Shown one piece after another: positions 50,101 through 57,770 of a stretch of 64,000 nucleotides of DNA. Origin of the DNA: an uncultured Clostridium sp. GTDB lineage: Bacteria > Bacillota > Clostridia > Christensenellales > CAG-138. A program made the position numbers and the translations under genes. Below the pieces are notes generated by a model. The model was not told the origin of the DNA and did not search any database. It saw only the letters and a program-made list of their open reading frames with translations. The stretch lies in the NCBI GenBank assembly GCA_964612925.1, contig CAZTFU010000001.1, positions 81,958 to 145,957 on the forward strand, in the 5' to 3' direction. Numbering within the stretch: the stretch's first letter is position 1; each line of letters opens with the position of its first letter.

Positions 50101-51021
50101 GTCAATGACGTTTGCGCCGTATTCGGTACGGATGACGGTACCTCAAAGGCTGACAGCCCCACGGCTGATCTCTATTCCGTAAATCCCACTACCGGCAAGA
50201 TAATAGACAATATCTCCGAGATTAAAGGTGACGTGCGTTCCTGCGTAACATATGATTCGGGCAGGGTATACTTTACCACGAAGGGCGGTTATCTGTACTC
50301 CGTCGGCCTTAACTCAAACGGCACGTTTGATCATGATTCCGTCAAGTGCATCCAGATAGACAGCATGTCCACCAGCACGCCCGTTGTGCATAACGGCAGG
50401 CTGTATGTCGGTTGCTCAGGCAAGGGCTATGACTGGGACGGCGATTCCGGCTCAGGCATTGTCGTGGTTGATGTATCCGGCGGCAAGCTCGATATCATTT
50501 ACAAGGCTTCAACTCCCGGTTATCCCCAGGCGGGTCCGCTTGTAAGCACCGCGTTTGAAAAGGCGACCGGCAAGGTATATGTATACACCACCTACAACAG
50601 TAACCCCGGCGGTATCTACATTATAGAAGACAGTGCGGGACAGACCGAGCCGAGTGAAAACAACGGTGACTTGTTCGTACCGGGAGACGGCCAGAAGCAG
50701 TATTGCATAAGCACCATTTGCGCTGACAGCGAGGGTACTCTGTACTATAAGAACGACTCCGGCCACCTGTTTGCCATAAAGAGCAATGCCGTGCTGCCCA
50801 AGCTCCCCGAGGAAGAGGAGACTGATGACACGGATAATGATTCGTCTTGGCCCGGCGGAAGCGTGTTTGGCCCCGGCAGCAACTCAACCACGCCCACTCC
50901 CGTACCGCCCACGGTGCTTATGCCCGTTACAGGCGGCGAAGAAAGCATTGTTCCCGCAATAGTGCTTATTGCGTGCGGTGCGGCCCTGATGCTTGTGCTC
51001 TGGCGCAAGAGAAGGATATAA
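47176..51021 (+). CDS. 1281-aa sortase-signal surface protein with cadherin-like beta-sandwich domains, a divergent DUF4430-like module, a PEGA-like domain and a PQQ-like beta-propeller
   Basis: Signal peptide. Cadherin-like sandwich modules lie at about 47410-47820 and 48640-49280. A DUF4430-like module lies at about 47820-48360 (VLDAV...SISFAVNN...YAVSEGDDIVFFIY). The WPTFRNSENNNAVT propeller start and repeated blades span about 49534-50784. The C-terminal sorting signal is LMPVTG plus a hydrophobic helix plus RKRRI. Confidence 0.8.
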   Translation: MKKRVLAFILALVMALSLPIMAIAEGDTQVEVSAEQQDVSVPAAPEESGEEGQNESAETTEVAVDAETFMGSADVAAANQFSKLRVQLGFGVYAEEDYLLKNEGESYQTDNIFDPTVYNYDFGAISKEVVNRASNQVRFAYSAAEGASVKIHYTDENGNATSKDGSALNDSSNTDWVKTYDGENIIKLVLTPPADSGLSATTYTIKLYVGEKPAEPAKVKVYISFSDNGSYNFPYGKTEVTAVEGTAEKYGLSNADADHTVGGQNHGISAGQVSVLDAVVSAHEALYGSAFTKATMDSYLDAGGGSYISKMFGVSGSISFAVNNRLPMGPKSDGYAINEYAVSEGDDIVFFIYGGSWWDDYFCYFDKKQVTVKEDEEIKLNLEGFYAMEQLWGNPGTDTPALDSLEKIKNAIIVLLKYDDDLGSWNMDGYVYDEYDDPVVTDSNGDAKFKFDKAGTYYVSAMGTSSSGAYISLPWCEITVTENTNKPKGNDLNGMLIYTGYSKNNDSVMVRNESDSYTTSNVFAWNKYEYSFEVADTVTQLRFNLNLADGAKATLHYTTTTGSEATKDATNSASNAAWINCIQPGKNVVKVVVTPPDGSGLSEKTYTINVDCKPTLTALSVANGSTELILDSTFKSTTLEYSADVDAAAEVLTVSATAKNTSCTVTYNGKADNNVDVKDTDKIVIRVEKDGLYTEYAVKLNKKTAYSAKIETYPANAVVRMEDSKGTALDTDSEGAYAGLLPGAEYKFVVSCKGYVTKTGTLSDPAQLTNGVLSVILSAAPASNLTDYDAEWPTFRNSENNNAVTSTVTPDSAENAELKWAKKYGSGWSASPSIPIIVNEHVYFIMDKKIYCASKETGEIEAEGTLNGGAGYSTNSIVYAEGMIFAQVGSGKIQAFRADTLESLWVSESIGGGQTISPITYYNGYIYTGMWGGETKASDFVCFSITDEDPNSTNETKYATWKVSHLGGYYWVGAYVNDVCAVFGTDDGTSKADSPTADLYSVNPTTGKIIDNISEIKGDVRSCVTYDSGRVYFTTKGGYLYSVGLNSNGTFDHDSVKCIQIDSMSTSTPVVHNGRLYVGCSGKGYDWDGDSGSGIVVVDVSGGKLDIIYKASTPGYPQAGPLVSTAFEKATGKVYVYTTYNSNPGGIYIIEDSAGQTEPSENNGDLFVPGDGQKQYCISTICADSEGTLYYKNDSGHLFAIKSNAVLPKLPEEEETDDTDNDSSWPGGSVFGPGSNSTTPTPVPPTVLMPVTGGEESIVPAIVLIACGAALMLVLWRKRRI

Positions 51022-51050
51022 TACTCTAAAAAGGCGGAGGTTAAAGGCAA

Positions 51051-51605
51051 ATGGGGTTTCGGTATAAAAACATGAGCACTGATGTGAGCATTGATGAATA
51101 CATCGATGCCTGCGTTGATGTGCCGCGTATAATAAAAGGGTGCCAAGGCTGTACGAATTACGGAAGGCTTTGGTCCTGCCCGCCGTTTGCCTTTGACCCC
51201 GTTATGATTTGGCGCAGTTATTCACGGCTTAGGCTATATGCAAGAAAGGTCATGCTGCCCTGTGAGCTTACCCAAAGAACATACGGAGAAAGCGAACTTT
51301 CAGACGAATACTTCAGAATATGGAAGGTTGAACGCAGGAATTTTTTCAACGAGCTTTTGGCTCTGGAACGAGCCGAACGCGACAGCCGCGCCTTGGTAGC
51401 GGGCTGTTGCGACATATGCAATGAATGTGCGCGTTTAAGCGGAACGGCGTGCACGGCACCCGAAAAGCTGAGATATTCGATAGAAGCACTCGGCGGGGAC
51501 GTTGAACGCACGCTGAACCTTTATTTCGGTGAAAAAACACTTTGGGCAAAGGAAGGACACATGAGCGAATATATGTTGCTCGTTGGTGCGCTTATGCTGA
51601 AATGA
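51051..51605 (+). CDS. DUF2284-family predicted metal-binding (Cys-rich) protein
   Basis: CQGCTNYGRLWSCPP and CCDICNEC...C motifs are characteristic of DUF2284. GGAGG sits 10 nt upstream. Last gene before the terminator. Confidence 0.7.
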   Translation: MGFRYKNMSTDVSIDEYIDACVDVPRIIKGCQGCTNYGRLWSCPPFAFDPVMIWRSYSRLRLYARKVMLPCELTQRTYGESELSDEYFRIWKVERRNFFNELLALERAERDSRALVAGCCDICNECARLSGTACTAPEKLRYSIEALGGDVERTLNLYFGEKTLWAKEGHMSEYMLLVGALMLK

Positions 51606-51675
51606 ACTGTGCCAAAATGAACATGGTTGCGGCACGGCTTCTGTTGGACCGGAGGGCTATGCCGCACTGAAGTTC

Positions 51676-51720
51676 ATAAAAATACAGCTCCCGAAGGGAT
51701 ATTCCCTCGGGAGCTTCTTA
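51676..51720. terminator. bidirectional terminator between the B12 operon and glyQS
   Basis: AGCTCCCGAAGGGA-tatt-CCCTCGGGAGCT (51686-51715) is flanked by an A-run on the left (a T-run for the minus strand) and TCTTAAATT on the right. Confidence 0.8.
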
Positions 51721-51737
51721 AATTGGCTTTATTCCGC

Positions 51738-53129
51738 TTAGAATTCACATTCCTTTTCAATGTGCGCAATAAGCTGATCTATCGGCATGCGGACTTGCTC
51801 CATGGAATCGCGGTCGCGCACAGTAACGGTATTGTCCTCGAGCGTGTCAAAGTCAACCGTTATGCACATCGGCGTACCTATTTCGTCATGACGGCGATAA
51901 CGCTTGCCTATTGCACCCGAATCGTCATAATCTACCATAAACTTCTTTGAAAGCAGATTGTAAACTTCATGCGCCTTATCACCAAGCTTGTTCTTTTGCA
52001 GCGGCAGCACGGCAGCCTTATACGGTGCAATGGCGGGGTGCAGGTGGAGTATGTTCCTGACATCGCCGTTTTCAAGCGTTTCCTCATCATATGCATCACA
52101 AAGCAGCATAAGGAACATTCTTTCAACTCCGACGGAAGGCTCTATAACATACGGAATATACTTTTCGTTGGTGAAAGGATCCGTATAGGTAAGCTCCTGC
52201 CCTGACTGCTTTGCATGGGCACTCAGGTCGAAGTTGGTGCGGCTTGCAACGCCCCAAAGCTCACCCCAGCCGAACGGGAAGCGATATTCAATATCGGTTG
52301 TACCGTTTGAATAATGCGAAAGCTCGGCCTTTTCATGCTCCCTAAGGCGCATATTCTCCTCATGCACGCCAAGTGAAAGCACAAAGTTCTTGCAGTATTC
52401 CTTCCAGTATTCGTACCAGTCAAGTTCGGTGCCTGGTGCGCAGAAGAATTCAAGCTCCATCTGTTCAAATTCGCGGGTACGGAATATGAAATTACCGGGA
52501 GTTATTTCGTTTCGGAAGGATTTACCTATTTGGCTGATTCCAAACGGTATCTTGCGGCGCGTGGTACGCTGTACGTTTTTGAAGTTTACAAATATACCCT
52601 GTGCGGTTTCGGGACGAAGATATATCTGGCTTGCGGTATCCTCGTTAACGCCCTGGAAGGTCTTGAACATCATGTTAAATTTACGGATTGAGGTAAAGTC
52701 GCTCTTTCCGCATTCGGGGCACACAATGCCCTTTTCCGCGATAAATGCGGACATTTGCTCGTGAGACCATCCGTCGGGATGAATGTCTGTAAGGCCATTC
52801 TTTTCGGCGTATTCTTCGATCAGCTTGTCCGCACGGAAACGCGCCTTACAGCTCTTGCAGTCCATAAGAGGGTCGTTGAAGTTGACAACGTGGCCGCTTG
52901 CTACCCAAACTTCAGGATTCATAAGAATTGCGGCATCAAGACCGACATTGTATTCACATTCCTGAACGAATTTGCGCCACCATGCCTTTTTAACGTTATT
53001 TTTCATTTCAACGCCGAGCGGACCGTAGTCCCATGCGTTGGCAAGGCCGCCGTACAGTTCGGAGCCTGCGAATACAAAGCCGCGGTTTTTGCAAAGCGCA
53101 ACGATTTTATCCATGCTGTATTTGCTCAT
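51738..53129 (-). CDS. glyQS: glycine--tRNA ligase (homodimeric class II type)
   Basis: Full-length GlyRS alpha2-type sequence ([25 protein letters not shown] motif 2 region, anticodon-binding C-terminus). AGGAGG upstream. Confidence 0.95.
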   Translation of the reverse strand: MSKYSMDKIVALCKNRGFVFAGSELYGGLANAWDYGPLGVEMKNNVKKAWWRKFVQECEYNVGLDAAILMNPEVWVASGHVVNFNDPLMDCKSCKARFRADKLIEEYAEKNGLTDIHPDGWSHEQMSAFIAEKGIVCPECGKSDFTSIRKFNMMFKTFQGVNEDTASQIYLRPETAQGIFVNFKNVQRTTRRKIPFGISQIGKSFRNEITPGNFIFRTREFEQMELEFFCAPGTELDWYEYWKEYCKNFVLSLGVHEENMRLREHEKAELSHYSNGTTDIEYRFPFGWGELWGVASRTNFDLSAHAKQSGQELTYTDPFTNEKYIPYVIEPSVGVERMFLMLLCDAYDEETLENGDVRNILHLHPAIAPYKAAVLPLQKNKLGDKAHEVYNLLSKKFMVDYDDSGAIGKRYRRHDEIGTPMCITVDFDTLEDNTVTVRDRDSMEQVRMPIDQLIAHIEKECEF

Positions 53130-53173
53130 AAGGTTTAATCCTCCTATTTATAACGATTTTCCCTATATTAAAT

Positions 53174-53201
53174 ATGATAACATAGGCTTTGGTTTTGTCA
53201 A
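53174..53201 (-). promoter_or_regulatory. sigma-70 promoter of glyQS (short leader, no T-box)
   Basis: Minus strand: TTGACA (rc of 53196-53201), 16-nt spacer, TATCAT (rc of 53174-53179) with an upstream TGT. It lies about 45 nt from the ATG. Confidence 0.6.
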
Positions 53202-53204
53202 GTG

Positions 53205-53234
53205 TTGCTAAAACATATGGTTTGGAGATATAAT
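53205..53234 (+). promoter_or_regulatory. putative sigma-70 promoter of miaB
   Basis: TTGCTA (53205-53210), 18-nt spacer, TATAAT (53229-53234). Confidence 0.5.
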
Positions 53235-53265
53235 ATAATATCTGTATTTATGTATATAAGAAAGG

Positions 53266-54669
53266 ATGCTTATGAGGAAAGAAACTGCCGTGCCGCACGA
53301 GGAACTTGAAAGTGCACGCCTTGCGGCCGAAAGGATAAATAAAGCCCTGGATGGGCGAAAACCGACGTATTTTATAGAGACATACGGCTGCCAGATGAAC
53401 GAGCACGATTCCGAAAAAATAGCCGGCATACTGGAAAGCTGCGGCTATGTTCAGGCGGAAAGCAAGACGGCGGCAAACATTATATTTTTCAATACATGCT
53501 GCGTAAGAGACCATGCCGAAAAAAAGGTGTTCGGCAATATAGGCGCACTGAAAAAAGCCAAGGATGAGGACCCTTCGCTTCTTATAGGTGTATGCGGCTG
53601 CATGATGCAGCAAAAGGCGGTGGCAGACAGGCTTTTCAAGCGTTTTCCGTACCTTGATATAGTGTTTGGCACGAATGAACTGCATATGCTCCCCAACCTG
53701 CTTGAGAGAGTTCTTAACGGAGAACGGATAGAGCTTGTGCGCGACATGGAAGGCGAAATAGCAGAGGGCCTGCCCGTTAAAAGGGCAAAGAGCGTATCCC
53801 AATTCGTTACGATAATGTATGGATGCAATAATTTTTGCTCCTATTGCATTGTTCCGTATGTTCGCGGACGAGAAAGGTCAAGAAGCGTAAAGAGCATAAT
53901 TGACGAAGTAAAATCTCTTGCCAAAAACGGCGTAAAGGAAGTAACGTTACTTGGCCAAAACGTGAATTCCTATTATAGCGAAGATGATGATATGCATTTT
54001 CCCGATCTCCTTCGCGAGGTAAGCAAGGTTGATGGTATAGAGCGCGTGCGTTTTATGACATCACATCCAAAAGACCTTTCCGATGAGCTTATAGCGGCTA
54101 TGGCGGAAGGGAATAAGATCTGCCCGCATGTGCATTTGCCGGTTCAATCGGGAAGCGACAGAATATTGAAGCTTATGAACCGCCATTATGACAGGGAAAG
54201 ATACTTTTCGATCGTGGACAAGCTTAAAAAAAGCGTTGCGGGGATAGAACTTACCACGGATATTATAGTCGGCTTTCCGGGGGAAACGGAAGAGGATTTT
54301 CTGGATACGCTCGAGCTTGTAAAGCGCGTTGGCTACGGCGCTGCATATACGTTTAAGTATTCACCCCGCACGGGTACTAAGGCCGCCGAAATGGAGGACC
54401 AGATCCCCGAGGAGGAAAAGAAAGAACGCCTGAAGCGACTTAATGCAGCCGTTGAAGTCGGACTTAAAGCGGGCAATGAGAAATACATAGGTATGGAAGG
54501 AGAGGTGCTTGTTGAAGGGTGCGATTACAGAGGAGAAACGCTTGCATACGGAAAGCTGCCGTGCTTCAAAATGGTCTATTTTAAGGGCGATGAAAGCATG
54601 GTAGGCACCATGCAAAGAGTCAAGATTACGGGAACGGCAAAGAACTCCCTTGCAGGAGAATTGATATAA
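53266..54669 (+). CDS. miaB: tRNA-2-methylthio-N6-dimethylallyladenosine synthase MiaB
   Basis: MTTase N-domain (TYGCQMNEHDSE), the radical-SAM CNNFCSYCIVP motif and a TRAM domain. The second ATG at 53272 may be the true start, because AAAGGA ends at 53265. Confidence 0.93.
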   Translation: MLMRKETAVPHEELESARLAAERINKALDGRKPTYFIETYGCQMNEHDSEKIAGILESCGYVQAESKTAANIIFFNTCCVRDHAEKKVFGNIGALKKAKDEDPSLLIGVCGCMMQQKAVADRLFKRFPYLDIVFGTNELHMLPNLLERVLNGERIELVRDMEGEIAEGLPVKRAKSVSQFVTIMYGCNNFCSYCIVPYVRGRERSRSVKSIIDEVKSLAKNGVKEVTLLGQNVNSYYSEDDDMHFPDLLREVSKVDGIERVRFMTSHPKDLSDELIAAMAEGNKICPHVHLPVQSGSDRILKLMNRHYDRERYFSIVDKLKKSVAGIELTTDIIVGFPGETEEDFLDTLELVKRVGYGAAYTFKYSPRTGTKAAEMEDQIPEEEKKERLKRLNAAVEVGLKAGNEKYIGMEGEVLVEGCDYRGETLAYGKLPCFKMVYFKGDESMVGTMQRVKITGTAKNSLAGELI

Positions 54670-54690
54670 AAATTTGGAGGAACAACAAAA

Positions 54691-55107
54691 ATGATACTTG
54701 AAAAGGCAAGAGAACTCGGCATAGCACTAAGCGAATCGGATGAGTTTATAAACATGACAAGAACCCGAGAAGCAATGGAAGCGGATCAGGCACTTATGGA
54801 TGAGTTTAATGAATATAACGCTCTGCATGAATCCATAGCGCAGATGCTTGCACTTGATGGGGATAACCAAAGCGCAATACAGGAGTCCTCACGCGACCTT
54901 GAACGGTTGCATGAAAGCCTTCTTGCAAACGAAACTTTTATTGCCATGCTTGAAGCACAGGGCGAATTTCAACAGCTTATGAAGCGTGTTAATTCCGTGA
55001 TAGGAATGTGCATCGGTGCGGATAACGAATCAAATGATTCGTCACAATGCGACGAGCAGGAGGGCGGATGCAGCGGCTCTTGTGCCCATTGCTCGGGTTG
55101 CCACTGA
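54691..55107 (+). CDS. YlbF/YmcA-family regulatory protein with a Cys-rich C-terminal tail
   Basis: UPF0342-like helical N-terminal region (ARELGIALSESDEF...) and the tail CDEQEGGCSGSCAHCSGCH. Conserved position between miaB and mutS. Confidence 0.7.
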   Translation: MILEKARELGIALSESDEFINMTRTREAMEADQALMDEFNEYNALHESIAQMLALDGDNQSAIQESSRDLERLHESLLANETFIAMLEAQGEFQQLMKRVNSVIGMCIGADNESNDSSQCDEQEGGCSGSCAHCSGCH

Positions 55108-55148
55108 GGAAAGGTCAGCTTTATAATCGGAAAAAGGGGTAGAATTCT

Positions 55149-57770
55149 ATGCCGACAGGCTTAACGCCAATGATGAGCCAATACCTTGCGCTGAAGGAGA
55201 AATACAGCGACTGTTTGCTGTTCTTCAGGCTGGGCGATTTTTATGAAATGTTTTTTGAGGATGCCGTTACCGCATCGAAGGTGCTTGACATAGCACTGAC
55301 GGGTCGGGACTGCGGCCTTGAAACGCGCGCCCCAATGTGTGGCGTACCATTCCATGCGGTAAATTCATACATTGCAAAGCTTATAGAAAATGGCTATAAG
55401 GTGGCCCTGTGTGAACAGCTCACCGACCCCGCACTTTCAAAGGGGCTTGTTGAAAGGGATGTTGTAAGGGTATATACCGCGGGTACGATAATAGAAGAAA
55501 ACATGCTTGACGAGCGTGAAAACAACTATATCATTGCCATATATGTCGGTGATACCGAAGTTGGACTTGCCTGCTGTGACGTTTCGACCGGTAGCTTTAC
55601 GGTGAGTGAAATATCCATAGATGATAAGATAGATGACCTTATAAACGAAATGGCAAGGATATCCCCGCGCGAAGCGATAGCTAACGAAGCATATTTTATA
55701 AGGGAAGATATTTCAAAGGCCATAGGGCTAAACTGTGCCGTGACATGTGCAAACGGGCGTGATTTTGAACCTGTGCGTTCGGAAGCTAAACTGCTTATGC
55801 ATTTTCAGGTACAGTCACTGCAATCACTCGGATGCGGCGAATTAAAGAATGCCGTATGTGCGGCGGGCGCATTGCTAAGCTACCTTGAAAGCACGCAGAA
55901 AAACAGTCTTGAGCATATAAAAAAGCTTATTGTACTTCAAAGGAGCCTTTATCTGGGCCTTGATGCGGCAACGCGGCGAAATCTTGAACTTACAAAGCCA
56001 CTTCACAGTGACGGCGGCAGAAAAAGCACCTTGCTTTATCAGCTTGATAAGACGTCGACCGCTATGGGTGCAAGGTTCCTGCGTGCAGCCATTGAACAAC
56101 CACTTCAAAACATAGACGATATAAACAGCAGACTGAATGCCGTGGATGAGCTTGTTCAAAAGCGAGCTCAGCGCGAACAGCTTTCCGACCTACTGGACAA
56201 CATCTATGACATAGAGCGACTTTGCAGCCGCATAGCATATGGCAGTGTTAACGCAAGGGATTGTGTTTCACTGAGGGTATCATTGGACAAGTTACCAGCA
56301 CTTATCGATAAGGTGAGAGAGCTTGAGACGGGCGCATTCTGCCGAATTGCTCGTGAGCTTGACGCCATGGAGGATATATGCGGTCTTTTAGCGGATGCCA
56401 TAATTGACGATCCCCCAATAAGCGTTAAGGAGGGCGGTATAATCCGCGCAGGCTATAACGGTGATGTTGATGAGCTTCGCGAAATAACGACAAACAGCAA
56501 GGGCATGATAGCCGCCATAGAGGCAAGGGAACGCGCCGCCACGGGGATAAAGAACCTCAAGGTAGGATACAATCGTGTATTTGGCTATTATATCGAGGTG
56601 ACAAAGTCATATCAGCATCTTGTGCCGTATGGATATACGCGCAAGCAAACTCTTGCGAATTCCGAACGTTATATAACCGAGGAGCTTAAAGAGCTTGAAG
56701 AAAAGATAACCGGTGCCGAAAGCAATCTTATTGCGCTTGAATACGGTCTGTTTTCTGAAATAAGAGAAACGCTTCTTGAATGCATTGACAGGCTTCAAAA
56801 CGATTCTGCGCTTATAGCGGAGCTTGACTTCTATTGCTCGCTTGCGCACGTTGCGTTTGAACACGATTACTGTAAACCTAAGATGCAGCTTAACGGAGCA
56901 ATAAACATTGTTGACGGTCGCCATCCCGTGGTTGAAAACAGCATGAAGGGCGCATTTGTGCCAAACAATGTTCAACTTGATCAAAAGGATAACAGGTTGC
57001 TGATAATAACGGGCCCGAATATGGCGGGCAAAAGCACATATCTTCGTCAGGTGGCAATAATAACACTTATGGCGCATATAGGCTCGTTTGTACCTGCAAA
57101 GAAGGCATCGATAACGGTGGTGGATAAGATATTCACTCGCATTGGAGCATCGGACAATCTTTCCGCAGGGCAGAGCACATTCATGGTAGAAATGAGCGAG
57201 GTTGCCGGCATACTGAAAAACGCAACAAGCCGCAGCTTACTTGTTTTGGATGAGATCGGACGCGGCACAAGCACGTTTGACGGATTGAGCATAGCGTGGG
57301 CAGTGCTTGAATATATAGCGGATCCTGCACGATGTGGTGCAAAGGCTTTGTTTGCAACACATTACCACGAATTGACGGAACTTGAGGGCAAACTTTCGGG
57401 CATAAAGAATTACCGCATCACCGTAAAAGAAGTGGGCGAGGATATAATATTCCTAAGGCGCATTGTTCGCGGCGGCGCGGATAGGAGCTTTGGCGTGCAG
57501 GTGGCAAGACTTGCGGGACTTCCGAGCGGGGTTATAAGCAGGGCCAAGGAGCTTCTTAAACAGCTTGAGGCTGCTGATATAAACCACGATATAGCACCCG
57601 CGTTTACGGGCGATGACGAACAGCAGATGTCGATATTCGGATCATGTGCGGCGGATGATATAATAAATACGCTAAGTGAAATGCCGCTTGATACCATGAC
57701 ACCGATGGATGCCATGAATGCGCTGTACGATCTTCAGATGAGAGCGAAGCTCAGAAAGGATAGAAAATGA
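55149..57770 (+). CDS. mutS: DNA mismatch repair protein MutS
   Basis: TPMMSQYL..., GDFYEMFFEDA, Walker A GPNMAGKST and the DEIGRGTSTFDG motif. Confidence 0.97.
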   Translation: MPTGLTPMMSQYLALKEKYSDCLLFFRLGDFYEMFFEDAVTASKVLDIALTGRDCGLETRAPMCGVPFHAVNSYIAKLIENGYKVALCEQLTDPALSKGLVERDVVRVYTAGTIIEENMLDERENNYIIAIYVGDTEVGLACCDVSTGSFTVSEISIDDKIDDLINEMARISPREAIANEAYFIREDISKAIGLNCAVTCANGRDFEPVRSEAKLLMHFQVQSLQSLGCGELKNAVCAAGALLSYLESTQKNSLEHIKKLIVLQRSLYLGLDAATRRNLELTKPLHSDGGRKSTLLYQLDKTSTAMGARFLRAAIEQPLQNIDDINSRLNAVDELVQKRAQREQLSDLLDNIYDIERLCSRIAYGSVNARDCVSLRVSLDKLPALIDKVRELETGAFCRIARELDAMEDICGLLADAIIDDPPISVKEGGIIRAGYNGDVDELREITTNSKGMIAAIEARERAATGIKNLKVGYNRVFGYYIEVTKSYQHLVPYGYTRKQTLANSERYITEELKELEEKITGAESNLIALEYGLFSEIRETLLECIDRLQNDSALIAELDFYCSLAHVAFEHDYCKPKMQLNGAINIVDGRHPVVENSMKGAFVPNNVQLDQKDNRLLIITGPNMAGKSTYLRQVAIITLMAHIGSFVPAKKASITVVDKIFTRIGASDNLSAGQSTFMVEMSEVAGILKNATSRSLLVLDEIGRGTSTFDGLSIAWAVLEYIADPARCGAKALFATHYHELTELEGKLSGIKNYRITVKEVGEDIIFLRRIVRGGADRSFGVQVARLAGLPSGVISRAKELLKQLEAADINHDIAPAFTGDDEQQMSIFGSCAADDIINTLSEMPLDTMTPMDAMNALYDLQMRAKLRKDRK

